From NCBI GenBank assembly GCA_937888955.1, contig CALAQW010000177.1, forward strand, positions 1 through 58,095: DNA of 58,095 nucleotides. The letters run 5' to 3'. The translations under genes and the position numbers were made by a program. Of this stretch, positions 1 to 8,933 are shown piece after piece. A model generated the notes under the pieces. It had not been told where the DNA came from. It saw only the letters and a list, made by a program, of their open reading frames with translations, and searched no databases. Source of the stretch: an uncultured Alphaproteobacteria bacterium (lineage in GTDB: Bacteria > Pseudomonadota > Alphaproteobacteria > UBA11222). Within the stretch, counting starts at the first letter, position 1. Each line of letters starts with the position of its first letter.

Positions 1-22
1 AAAAAGCGTAGTCTCACAGGAG

Positions 23-772
23 ATGGTGCAGCAGGGAACGCGCCTGTTCCGTTGGCGCAGCTACCTGCCGCTTGCTCTGCTGCCGATCGGAATTGCCGCG
101 ATTGGGGAATCTGGCATTCTCGACCGTTGGCTTGGTGAGTTTGGAGAAGAACTCTGGGTTTTGTTTTGTTTTCTCGTCGCGATGTTCGGTCAGGCGATCC
201 GGACCTACGCTGTAGGGCATGTGCCGCCAGGCACCTCCGGTCGTAACACGCGTGAGCAGCGGGCTGTTCGTTTGAACACCACAGGACTTTATTCGGTCTG
301 CCGTCATCCCTTGTATCTGGCCAATTTCATCGCATTTGCCGGTATTCTCATGGCTGTTCAGGTCTGGTGGTTTGTCATTCTGGGGGTACTTGCTTTCTGG
401 ATTTACTATGAGCGGATCATGGCGGTTGAGGAAGCATTTCTGCTTGAGAAGTTCGGCAAGCCTTATGACGATTGGTCGGCCCGGACGCCTGCGTTTATTC
501 CTGCTGTCGGACAATGGCGCGCGCCTGACCTGCCATTCTCGTGGAAAATGGTGCTGCGCCGCGAACCTTATGGATATTTTGCAATTATTTCGGCGTTTTT
601 CGTGATTGAGTTCGTCGCCGATGTCATTGTCAGAGGCGAAGAGTTCACATATTGGCTCCACGAGGATGCAGTCTGGCCAATTATATTTGCTGTTGGCGCG
701 GTTATCTTCCTGTGCCTGCGCGCACTCAAAAAACACACCCGGTTACTGCGTCCGGAAGCCCTCGATATGTAG
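23..772 (+). CDS. Isoprenylcysteine carboxylmethyltransferase-family membrane methyltransferase, lipid A phosphate methyltransferase (LmtA)-like; possibly 5'-truncated
   Basis: Hydrophobic 249 aa ORF with LFRWRSYLP, GTSGRNT, LNTTGLYSVCRHPLYLAN and YERI..EE.FL..KFG motifs of the ICMT/PEMT family. The frame stays open to the window edge (position 2), so the true start may lie upstream. Confidence 0.75.
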   Translation: MVQQGTRLFRWRSYLPLALLPIGIAAIGESGILDRWLGEFGEELWVLFCFLVAMFGQAIRTYAVGHVPPGTSGRNTREQRAVRLNTTGLYSVCRHPLYLANFIAFAGILMAVQVWWFVILGVLAFWIYYERIMAVEEAFLLEKFGKPYDDWSARTPAFIPAVGQWRAPDLPFSWKMVLRREPYGYFAIISAFFVIEFVADVIVRGEEFTYWLHEDAVWPIIFAVGAVIFLCLRALKKHTRLLRPEALDM

Positions 773-773
773 G

Positions 774-1646
774 CTATCTGGCTGTTTTCCGCAGCCAGAG
801 GCTTGTTTCATAAGCACCGGCGGGCAGCGGGAGGGTGCAAGCAGCGCTTTGCGCCAGCGCCGCGCCCATGCGGCTTTGCACATAATGGCTTGAGAAAAGC
901 GGATCGAACGCGCCGCACAGGATCAGCGGGGCAAGTGCCTGCTGCTCGTTATAGCCGCGCCAGTGCCAGGCGGCGGGATAGGGGTCGGGCAGGAAAATAT
1001 CGTGGACATGCACAAGGACCCCTTCCGCCAGAACCGGCACGATCTGGTTCAGCAGCAGATCGACATCGGTGCCCGGCATCAGGATATGGCTTGAATCGAT
1101 AAACAGGATATCGCCTGGCCCGAGTTCCTCGAACAGGGGGGCGGTTTTCTCCCGCAGGGCATCTTGCAAGCGCATCGTCAGCCGGGTGATCGGCAGGCCG
1201 GCAAGCTTTGCGCGCGGCGCCGGGTCGATGGTGGTGATCTCGGTCGCCGGGGAATGGCGGGCCGCCGCATGGGCGAGGAAACGTGTCGAATGGCCCGAAC
1301 CGATTTCGATAATCTGTGCGGGTTTGTGTATTGCCACCATCGCCCAGGCCATCGCCCCGTCAAGACGGGGAAACCAGTCCTGCTCCCAGCGCGGGGCCGG
1401 CGGCGGGGCGGTGCCGATGCGGGCAAACTCCGCGGCGAAGGGGGCAAGCGCGGCAAGCCATGCGGCAAAGGCCGGCTCCTTTGCGGCAAATCGGCGCGCG
1501 ATTTCCGAATCCGGGCGCGATGCTTCCGCCTGCCGCACATGCGCGGCATAACGGTAGGGGATGAAAAATCCCTGTGGCCGACCCAGCAAGGTTGCGATCC
1601 CCATGCCAAGGCGGCGTGTTTTTTGCCGCAATTTCCGCCGCATCAT
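774..1646 (-). CDS. Class I SAM-dependent methyltransferase (Methyltransf_24-like)
   Basis: IIEIGSGHST SAM-binding motif, plus ILFIDSSH and VHVHDIFLP motifs. Confidence 0.8.
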   Translation of the reverse strand: MMRRKLRQKTRRLGMGIATLLGRPQGFFIPYRYAAHVRQAEASRPDSEIARRFAAKEPAFAAWLAALAPFAAEFARIGTAPPPAPRWEQDWFPRLDGAMAWAMVAIHKPAQIIEIGSGHSTRFLAHAAARHSPATEITTIDPAPRAKLAGLPITRLTMRLQDALREKTAPLFEELGPGDILFIDSSHILMPGTDVDLLLNQIVPVLAEGVLVHVHDIFLPDPYPAAWHWRGYNEQQALAPLILCGAFDPLFSSHYVQSRMGAALAQSAACTLPLPAGAYETSLWLRKTAR

Positions 1647-1778
1647 TCCTTCAACCGGTGCAAGCGATGGTCCGATTGCGGCAGGTTATGACATAATGGC
1701 GCGAACCGACACTATCGCGTCCGCCCGAATGCCTGCCGGCGGGGGTCATGCGCGGCAAGAGACAGGAATACCGAACCG

Positions 1779-2570
1779 ATGAGTGAAACAGTACAGTCAG
1801 GAGCGCAGGAATGGCCCGAGGGGTTGCAGGTGGCGATCACCGGTGCGCGCGCGACGATCACGCTCAACCGCCCCGAGCGGCACAATTCCCTTTCCCAGGG
1901 GGATATGGTCGGGCTGACCGAGACATTGCAGACCCTTGAAAAGGACCCCGATCTCAGGGTGGTCGTCCTGACCGGAGCGGGGGAGAAGAGTTTCTGTTCG
2001 GGCGCATTCCTCAACGAGCTTGAGGATCGCAAATTCAAGGGCAATCCGTTCGAGGATCTGACCGATACGCTGGAGAATTTCCGCCTGCCCACCATCTGCG
2101 CCTTCAATGGCAGCGTTTACGGGGGCGGCGCGGAAATCAGCCTGTGCTGCGATTTCCGGATCGGGATCGAGGGGATGCGGATGTTCGTGCCGCCGGCGAA
2201 GCTGGGCATCCATTATCCTGAAAAGGGGCTGCGCCGGTTTGTCAGCCGTGTCGGGCTTGGCCCTGCAAAGCGCATTCTGCTGACGGTCGAGACTTTCGAT
2301 GATGCCGCCCTGTCGGCCATCGGGTTTCTCGATTATCTTGTCCCGCGCACCGAGCTTGCCGCCCGGACCGATGCGCTTGTTGCCGATATAACGGGGCTTG
2401 CGCCCCTGTCGGTGCAGACCATGAAGCAGTCGCTCAACGAGATCGCGCGCGAACAGGTCGATTCGGAAAAAATCAAACAGCGGATCGCCCTGTGCTGGAA
2501 TTCGGAGGATCAGCGCGAGGCGGTGGCGGCGCGTGCCGAAAAGCGCAGCCCGATCTATCATCAACGCTGA
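1779..2570 (+). CDS. Enoyl-CoA hydratase/isomerase family protein
   Basis: LNRPERHNSL, FCSGA and NGSVYGGGAEISLCCDFRIG crotonase motifs. Confidence 0.9.
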   Translation: MSETVQSGAQEWPEGLQVAITGARATITLNRPERHNSLSQGDMVGLTETLQTLEKDPDLRVVVLTGAGEKSFCSGAFLNELEDRKFKGNPFEDLTDTLENFRLPTICAFNGSVYGGGAEISLCCDFRIGIEGMRMFVPPAKLGIHYPEKGLRRFVSRVGLGPAKRILLTVETFDDAALSAIGFLDYLVPRTELAARTDALVADITGLAPLSVQTMKQSLNEIAREQVDSEKIKQRIALCWNSEDQREAVAARAEKRSPIYHQR

Positions 2571-2588
2571 CCCGCGCGGGCCGGAACA

Positions 2589-3410
2589 ATGAAGCTTGGC
2601 ACCACCTTGCGCGTGATGGGGCCGCAATCGACCCGGCCGCTGTTGCGCGCGGCGGCGGAGCTGGCGGAGGAAGCGGGGCTTGCCTCGCTTTGGGTCGCCG
2701 ATCATATCGCGATCCCGCCTGACGATGCGGAAGGTTCGGGCGGGCGCTATCTCGACCCGCTGACAAGCCTTGCCTATCTGGCCGGTGTGACGCAGCGGAT
2801 CGCGCTTGGCACCGGGGTGCTGGTGCTGCCTTACCGACCGGGTCTGCCCACTGCCAAGGCAATCGCCACGCTTCAGGAGCTATCGGATAACCGGTTGCTG
2901 CTGGGGGTGGGGATCGGCTGGATGGCGGCGGAATTCCGGGCGCTGGGGCGCGATCGCCGCAGCCGTGGCAAAGATAGCGATGCGATGCTGGAATTTCTGC
3001 ATCGCTGTTTCGCGGATGATGAAGTAACCGCCAATGGTCAGCCATTTTTGTTCAAACCGCGCCCGCCGCGTCCGCCGATTTATATAGGCGGTCGCCCGCC
3101 GCATGCGCTTGAGCGGTGCCTGCGTTACGGGGATGGCTGGTTTCCCATGCGGCAGCCGCCCGAAAAGCTTGCCCCCCATATCGCCGCACTTCGGGCGCGG
3201 GCGGATGCGCTTGGCCGTGCGGCACCCGATATCGTCGCGCTTGCCGGCTTGCCCCTGCATGCGCCTGCGGCCGCATTGGCGCTGGCGCGGGATTATCGCG
3301 CGGCGGGCGTCACCCATCTTGTGCATGGCGCGCGCTATGATAACCGCGATGAATTCGCGCAACAGGCGGAAATGCTGGGGCAGTTGATCGACCGGCTGGC
3401 CAAGGAATAG
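2589..3410 (+). CDS. LLM-class F420-dependent oxidoreductase (Rv2161c/TIGR03619-like)
   Basis: LWVADHI, DPLTSLAYLAGVTQRIALGTGVLVLPYR and GVGIGWMAAEF motifs; F420 biosynthesis genes are present in the same window. Confidence 0.8.
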   Translation: MKLGTTLRVMGPQSTRPLLRAAAELAEEAGLASLWVADHIAIPPDDAEGSGGRYLDPLTSLAYLAGVTQRIALGTGVLVLPYRPGLPTAKAIATLQELSDNRLLLGVGIGWMAAEFRALGRDRRSRGKDSDAMLEFLHRCFADDEVTANGQPFLFKPRPPRPPIYIGGRPPHALERCLRYGDGWFPMRQPPEKLAPHIAALRARADALGRAAPDIVALAGLPLHAPAAALALARDYRAAGVTHLVHGARYDNRDEFAQQAEMLGQLIDRLAKE

Positions 3411-3430
3411 ATCCGCGCCCGCGCAGGGTG

Positions 3431-3997
3431 TCAGAAACGTTCCGACAATTTGATTGCGATCCGGCAGCCGGTCTTGATCGCAGCGCTGAGCGGGCCAAAG
3501 GCGGGGGCAGTTTCCGCCCCATTGGCAAGCGCAATATCGCGATGCGCGCATTCATCGGCGCGGAATTCAGAAATGACCGCTGACAGTTCCGGGTCATCCG
3601 TACCGAGCGCTTTTTCCTGCGCGCCGTAATGCGCGTCGATCACCTCCTCCACCGCCGCGGTGCAGGCCATCGCCGCATTCTTTCCCAACAATGCGGATGC
3701 GACGCCAAGCCCGAAGCCCGCCACATCCCATAGCGGGCGCAGGGCGGTCGGACGGACATTGCGCGCAACGACAAGCTCGTCGAATCTGTCCAGATGCGCG
3801 GTTTCATGATCCGCCATCTCGCGGATCAGCGCGGCGGTTTCATGGTCGCCGCGCGCTTCCAGCACCGCAAGCTGTCCGCGATAAATACGATGGGCGGCCA
3901 GCTCGCCCGCATGGTCGACCCGGATCATCCGCGCGGTGCGGCGCACAAGATCCTCGCCGGGGAGGTCGGGGCGATGGGTGTCTGCCGGGTCGCTCAT
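3431..3997 (-). CDS. coq7: Demethoxyubiquinone hydroxylase Coq7 (di-iron)
   Basis: RVDHAGE, EMADHETAH, AVEEVIDAHY and DECAH di-iron motifs; ends AIKLSERF. Confidence 0.93.
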   Translation of the reverse strand: MSDPADTHRPDLPGEDLVRRTARMIRVDHAGELAAHRIYRGQLAVLEARGDHETAALIREMADHETAHLDRFDELVVARNVRPTALRPLWDVAGFGLGVASALLGKNAAMACTAAVEEVIDAHYGAQEKALGTDDPELSAVISEFRADECAHRDIALANGAETAPAFGPLSAAIKTGCRIAIKLSERF

Positions 3998-4503
3998 TGC
4001 TGTCTGCCTTGCTGTGTGCTGTACCAGATCGCGGCTGTGAAAACCGCAAGCGCTGCCGAGATCAGCATATTATAGCCCGCAAGCGACAGGCCGAACAGGG
4101 ACCAGGGGATTTCGTCGCACATCACCACCGGGGTTGCGAGCAGTTCGGCAAGCAGCGCATCGACGCTTTGCGCCTTGTTGCCGCCAGCGCTGCATCCTTG
4201 TGGCCCTGGCCACCATTTCTGTTCGACCCCCGCGTGATAGGCGCCAAGCCCCGCACTCACCATAAAGGTGAGCGTCAGCGCCGCAAGCCCGGGGCGGTTC
4301 AGGGCGGGCCGCAAAAATGCTGCAAAACCCAGAATAATGGCAAGCGCATAAGGCAGGCGCTGATAATAGCAAAGCGTGCAGGGGCGCAGTCCGCCGATAT
4401 ACTCAAAGCCATAGGCGCCAAGCAGCACCGCGCAGCTTACAGCGACGGCCATCCACAACCCGGTGCGCGGGCTCGGGATATGGGCGATGGGCTTGGTCCG
4501 CAA
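3994..4503 (-). CDS. dsbB: Disulfide bond formation protein B family
   Basis: PCTLCYYQR, AYHAGVE and a second Cys pair; TTG start after GAGGG; 4-bp overlap with coq7. Confidence 0.88.
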   Translation of the reverse strand: MRTKPIAHIPSPRTGLWMAVAVSCAVLLGAYGFEYIGGLRPCTLCYYQRLPYALAIILGFAAFLRPALNRPGLAALTLTFMVSAGLGAYHAGVEQKWWPGPQGCSAGGNKAQSVDALLAELLATPVVMCDEIPWSLFGLSLAGYNMLISAALAVFTAAIWYSTQQGRQQ

Positions 4504-4623
4504 ACTTTCCCTCGTAATTTTTCATGTCCGCAGGGCGGCTGATCGATGGGGACTATAGGCTGGTTGGACCATGCGGAATAGGGGGTCTCGGGCAGTAGTG
4601 CGTGCGCAGGATGCGGCGTCCAG

Positions 4624-7002
4624 TCAGGATGCGCGGTTCGATATCACCTTGCCTGATCCGGGATCCATTGCCGCCGTCCGATATTGTCCGGCCGCGGCGT
4701 GTTGCGACTGTTCGGTAACGGCAGGCAGATAGATGGTAATCTCGGTCCCTTTCCCCACCTCGCTTTCAATGCCGATATAGCCTTTTGATTGTTCGACGAA
4801 GCCGAACACCATGGCCATGCCAAGGCCGGTGCCCTTCCCCGCTTCCTTGGTCGTGAAAAACGGTTCGAATACGCGCTGCAACACGTCCTTGGACATGCCG
4901 ATGCCCGTATCGCTCAGGCTGATGCGCAGATAGTTGCCGGGCGGAACCCAGACACGACTGCCGACAAATGGGACCGCTAAATTGTAATTATCCAGTTTCA
5001 GGGTCAGATTGCCGCCATGCGGCATGGCGTCGCGCGCATTGATCGCCAGATTGAGCAGCACATTTTCAAAATCGGTGGCATCGGCGAAGACCGGCCATGG
5101 CGCATCCTCGATTTGCATCTCCAACTGAATTTCCGACCCGATCGTATGGCGCAGAATATCGGCGATGTGGGCGATCGGTTCGGTCACGTCGAGGATTGCC
5201 GGACGATGTGCCTCGCGGCGTGAAAAGCTGAGCAGGCGTGCGGTCAGCTCGGCGCCGCGATCGGCGGCGCGGCCCGCCGCCATCGCGCGGCGTTCAATTT
5301 CGTCACGGGTCTTTGCCGACAAAGACGGGATATCGTTGAGGCAGCTTGTCAGCAAGTCGATATTGCCGGTGATGACCGACAGCAGATTGTTGAAATCATG
5401 GGCAATGCCGCCGGTCAATTGCCCGATGGCCTGCATTTTCTGCGACTGACGAAGCTGCTCCTCGACCGCATGTCGCCGTGTCGCATCGAAGAATGTCACC
5501 ACCGCGCCGTCGACCTTGCCATTGCCCAATATCGGGTTGGCAAGATATTCCACGACAAATTCACTGCCATCTTCGCGGGTGAAAAATTCGTCGTCGGACG
5601 ACCTGGTTGCCGAACCGGACAGATGCACGGCGCAGATTTTGCAGTCCGGCTCCTCACGGTGATCATTCATGCCGCGCCCGTGGCGCGCGCCATGGGCAAT
5701 CGCGTGCATATCCGCGCCCAGTAATTCCACCGCATCATCGAAACCAAGCAGCTGTGCACAGGCGAGATTGGCGAACACGCACCGCCCGTCCCGATCGACC
5801 CCGTAAATCCCCTCGGCCGTCGAATCGAGGATCAGCCGCAGCTGCGCCTGACTTTCGCGGGCGACGATTTCGGCCTGGCGGCGTTCGGCGATTTCGCGCT
5901 GGAGATCTTCATTGGCTGTTGCAAGATCAACGGTTGCGCGCGCCACCGCCTCCTGCAGGGCCGCGCGATTGCGCGCCGCGCGCTGATCGGATTGCCGGCG
6001 CAGGGTGACGTCCCGGAAAATACCCCGCGTGCCGGCGAGTTTTTCACCCTCGAACAGGGCGCTGACGCTGCCTTCCACAGGAATGGAACGGCCGTCCTTG
6101 GTGAGGAATGTCGTGTGTACCGGTCCGACCTGTTCATGTTGCGCGAGCCGCTCGAAAATCGCGCGGCAATGGGCGTGCTCATCGGGGTGGATGGTATCAA
6201 CAAAGCTGAGATTCACGATATCCTCAGGGCCGTAGCCCATCATCTCGAGCCAGGCTTTATTGACAAAGTCATAACGGCCTTCCGCGTCGACGCTCTGGAT
6301 CATATCGCCGACATTTTCCACAAGATCGCGGAATCGCGCCTCGCTTTGCGAGAGATCGGCGGCGGCCTGTTCGCGCTCGCGCTTGATCTGATGCAGGAGG
6401 GCCGCATTCTGTCGCCGGTTGAATACCGACTCAATAAAGATGCCATAGATGACCCGCGTCACCCCCAGCAGGGTCAGCGCAAATACAGCTCCCATCCCGG
6501 CCAGCGCGAAAAATGTGACACCGCCCTGCAGCAAGAAGAAGATGATGATGGGGGCAAGGGTTGTGATAATGAATGCTGCCGCGACCCGGGGAATCGGGCC
6601 AAGCGTCGACGCCGCGCCGCTGGCCATCGCGCAAATGACGATGGTCACCGCCAGTTGCTGGGTCGGGTTGAGGCTTGGCATGAACAGGGCAAGACTGCCC
6701 CAGCCGATCCCCGCACTGAGCGCCCAGAAAAATGCATGATTAAGTGCGCGCCGGCCTGGGTTTGGCGAGCCCACGCCGCTGCCCTCGATGCGCCTTTGCC
6801 GCAAGAACAGCATCGAAGAAAGCAAAAGGCTGTAGGCCAGCCACACGCAAAGCCACCCGATCTGGGGCACGAATTGCCAAAGTAGAATCGCGCTGAACAA
6901 TGCAATCGCGATTGTTGCTCCCGCATTCACATTCGTCATGCGCGACAGAAAGGCGACCTGTTGCCGCTCGATTTCCGCCTTTTCCGTTGCCGCTTGCGGC
7001 AT
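4624..7002 (-). CDS. Membrane-bound two-PAS sensor histidine kinase without a receiver domain
   Basis: N-terminal multi-TM region, two PAS domains, H-box GIAHDFNNLL, N-box NLAINARDAM and G-boxes DTGIGM/GKGTGLG. Start placed at ATG 7002 (purine-rich upstream sequence); the ORF is open to 7074. Confidence 0.88.
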   Translation of the reverse strand: MPQAATEKAEIERQQVAFLSRMTNVNAGATIAIALFSAILLWQFVPQIGWLCVWLAYSLLLSSMLFLRQRRIEGSGVGSPNPGRRALNHAFFWALSAGIGWGSLALFMPSLNPTQQLAVTIVICAMASGAASTLGPIPRVAAAFIITTLAPIIIFFLLQGGVTFFALAGMGAVFALTLLGVTRVIYGIFIESVFNRRQNAALLHQIKREREQAAADLSQSEARFRDLVENVGDMIQSVDAEGRYDFVNKAWLEMMGYGPEDIVNLSFVDTIHPDEHAHCRAIFERLAQHEQVGPVHTTFLTKDGRSIPVEGSVSALFEGEKLAGTRGIFRDVTLRRQSDQRAARNRAALQEAVARATVDLATANEDLQREIAERRQAEIVARESQAQLRLILDSTAEGIYGVDRDGRCVFANLACAQLLGFDDAVELLGADMHAIAHGARHGRGMNDHREEPDCKICAVHLSGSATRSSDDEFFTREDGSEFVVEYLANPILGNGKVDGAVVTFFDATRRHAVEEQLRQSQKMQAIGQLTGGIAHDFNNLLSVITGNIDLLTSCLNDIPSLSAKTRDEIERRAMAAGRAADRGAELTARLLSFSRREAHRPAILDVTEPIAHIADILRHTIGSEIQLEMQIEDAPWPVFADATDFENVLLNLAINARDAMPHGGNLTLKLDNYNLAVPFVGSRVWVPPGNYLRISLSDTGIGMSKDVLQRVFEPFFTTKEAGKGTGLGMAMVFGFVEQSKGYIGIESEVGKGTEITIYLPAVTEQSQHAAAGQYRTAAMDPGSGKVISNRAS

Positions 7003-7140
7003 TGTCTCGCCCCCTATGGCCTCCGCGCAAAAAACCTGTCCTGGCATGAACGGGTCAAACCTGCTGTGACGCATTTATTACACGGAGAAGTATTAAGGAG
7101 TGTTGTTGCGCCGTAAAGCCTGTTGCCGCCGGTGTTTTAT

Positions 7141-7722
7141 CTAAAACAACAGCCGGAAGATCAGGAAGCCGCCGAACAGCAAGACAAAGAGCAGGAGTGT
7201 CAACAGGCCCAGATATTTGTCGATGAAACGCCGGATCGGGGCGCCGAATTTCCACAACAGGGCCGCCACGATGAAAAACCGCAGGCCGCGTGACAGGAGG
7301 GAAGCCAGCAGAAAGGTCATCGGTTCAAGCTGGGTGATGCCGCTGGCGATGGTGATCACCTTATAGGGGAAGGGGGTGAGCCCCGCGCCGAACACGATCC
7401 ATGGGCCATAGGCATTGTAATAGCCCGCAAATTGCGAAAACTTGTCCTGATAGCCGTAAAATCCGATGATCGGCGCGGCTACCGATTCATAGAGGAAATA
7501 GCCGATCCCGTAACCCGCGACCCCGCCCAGGACCGAGGCGATGGTGCAAACTGCCGCGATGCGCCAGGCGCGGGTTGGCGCGGCGAGCACCATCGGGATC
7601 AGCATCACATCGGGCGGTATGGGGAAAAATGAGCTTTCGACAAATGCAATGACCGCGATCGCCCACATGGCGCCGGGGCGGTTTGCCATCTGCATTGTCC
7701 AGTCATAGCTCGCGCGTAACAT
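7141..7722 (-). CDS. YqaA/DedA (SNARE-associated) family membrane protein
   Basis: AFVESSFFPIPPDVMLIPM and TPFPYKVITIASG motifs; start placed at MLRASYDW. Confidence 0.88.
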   Translation of the reverse strand: MLRASYDWTMQMANRPGAMWAIAVIAFVESSFFPIPPDVMLIPMVLAAPTRAWRIAAVCTIASVLGGVAGYGIGYFLYESVAAPIIGFYGYQDKFSQFAGYYNAYGPWIVFGAGLTPFPYKVITIASGITQLEPMTFLLASLLSRGLRFFIVAALLWKFGAPIRRFIDKYLGLLTLLLFVLLFGGFLIFRLLF

Positions 7723-7835
7723 GGCGCACTGGTAGCAGCGCGCGCGGCGGCTGTCCATTTGCGCGTTGAGCTGCAAAATCGGGCGTGGCCGTCTTGTCGC
7801 GCGGGATGTGCGATTTCAGGTGGTAAATTGTCCGA

Positions 7836-7863
7836 TTGACGGCAGTGGCGGCTTGCCTATGAT
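7836..7863 (+). promoter_or_regulatory. sigma70-type promoter for tRNA-Leu
   Basis: TTGACG-16 nt-TATGAT, about 60 bp upstream of the tRNA. Confidence 0.55.
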
Positions 7864-7922
7864 GCCGGCTCTGCCTATACACAGCAAAGTGGTGTGCCCC
7901 TGCGGCATACCGCCGATGCAAT

Positions 7923-8009
7923 GCCCCTGTGGTGGAATTGGTAGACACGCCAGACTCAAAATCTGGTTCTCGCAAGAGAGTGTCCGTTCGAGTCGGACCG
8001 GGGGCACCA
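7923..8009 (+). tRNA. tRNA-Leu (anticodon CAA)
   Basis: Acceptor stem GCCCCTG/CGGGGGC, anticodon arm CCAGA-CTCAAAA-TCTGG, long variable arm, GTTCGAGTC T-loop and encoded 3' ACCA. Confidence 0.97.
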
Positions 8010-8145
8010 GGCATCGCCGTTGACAGGGTGTGCCGATAGTGGCGATGACGCCTGGCATAATGACCCTGCTATATGTGGGTTGGTGTCCTGGCGGCTCGTC
8101 CGTAAGCAACTGACATTCAGATTATTGAAAGGTTGATTTGCGCCC

Positions 8146-8784
8146 ATGCAGACACTGGAACAGCTCATCGCGCGCGCGCGTGCCTACCGTGCGGATAAAT
8201 TTCCCGAACAACAGCCGCATTATCAGCGTCTGGTGAGCGAAGGGCAGTCGCCCAAAATTCTGATGATTGCCTGCTCGGACAGCCGGGTCGATCCGACCAT
8301 TATCTTCGGCGCGGAACCCGGCGAGATTTTTCTGGTACGCAATGTGGCGAGCCTGGTGCCGCCATTTCAGCCCGATACCGCCTGTCACGGCACCAGTGCG
8401 GCGCTTGAATTCGGCGTCACAAACCTGGGGGTCGAGCATGTCATCGTGCTGGGCCATGGTTATTGCGGCGGCGTGGCGGCGCTGTTGGCAGGTGCCGACA
8501 AGGATCGCACGAGCAGCGATTTCATCGGACCCTGGCTGTCTTCTGTGGCCGCTGTGCGCGACCGGATGCTGTCGGAATATCCGGATCTGCCGCAGGAAGA
8601 AGCCGAACGGCAACTGGAATTTGCGACTGTACGTCAGTCGGTTGAGAATTTGCGAAGCTTTCCCTGGATTGCCGAGCGGGTGGAAAAAGGCACGCTGGCC
8701 CTGCATGGCTGGCATTTCGATATTGCCAAGGGCGCATTGCGCGATGTTGGCGATCCCGCTGCGCCGGAACTGATCAGTGGTTGA
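8146..8784 (+). CDS. Beta-class carbonic anhydrase
   Basis: ACSDSRVDP, RNVA and LGHGYCGG zinc-ligand motifs. Confidence 0.93.
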   Translation: MQTLEQLIARARAYRADKFPEQQPHYQRLVSEGQSPKILMIACSDSRVDPTIIFGAEPGEIFLVRNVASLVPPFQPDTACHGTSAALEFGVTNLGVEHVIVLGHGYCGGVAALLAGADKDRTSSDFIGPWLSSVAAVRDRMLSEYPDLPQEEAERQLEFATVRQSVENLRSFPWIAERVEKGTLALHGWHFDIAKGALRDVGDPAAPELISG

Positions 8785-8831
8785 TATGGCCGCGGATTAG
8801 CAAGGAAATAGCCGCGCTGCGCGGGGCATTT

Positions 8832-8860
8832 TGGTCACCTTTCTGTCATCCCTTTGTCGC
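8832..8860 (+). promoter_or_regulatory. Pho box (PhoB site), three 11-bp-phased repeats
   Basis: TGGTCAC-CTTT-CTGTCAT-CCCT-TTGTCGC; the central heptamer is the CTGTCAT consensus; about 75 bp upstream of olsB. Confidence 0.7.
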
Positions 8861-8933
8861 GGAAAGCTCATCTGCACCCCCTAAGTTTGCCATCGTCTTA
8901 CCAACCAACAGACGAAAATCAGGCGGAAAGCTT

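Noticed and set aside
7923-8145. tRNA-Leu as a possible island integration site
   Set aside because: No integrase, no duplicated tRNA 3' end seen in the window, and the flanking genes look like core genes.
8781-8933. N-terminal extension of the olsB ORF
   Set aside because: It overlaps the Pho box/promoter region, and family similarity begins only after Met 8934.
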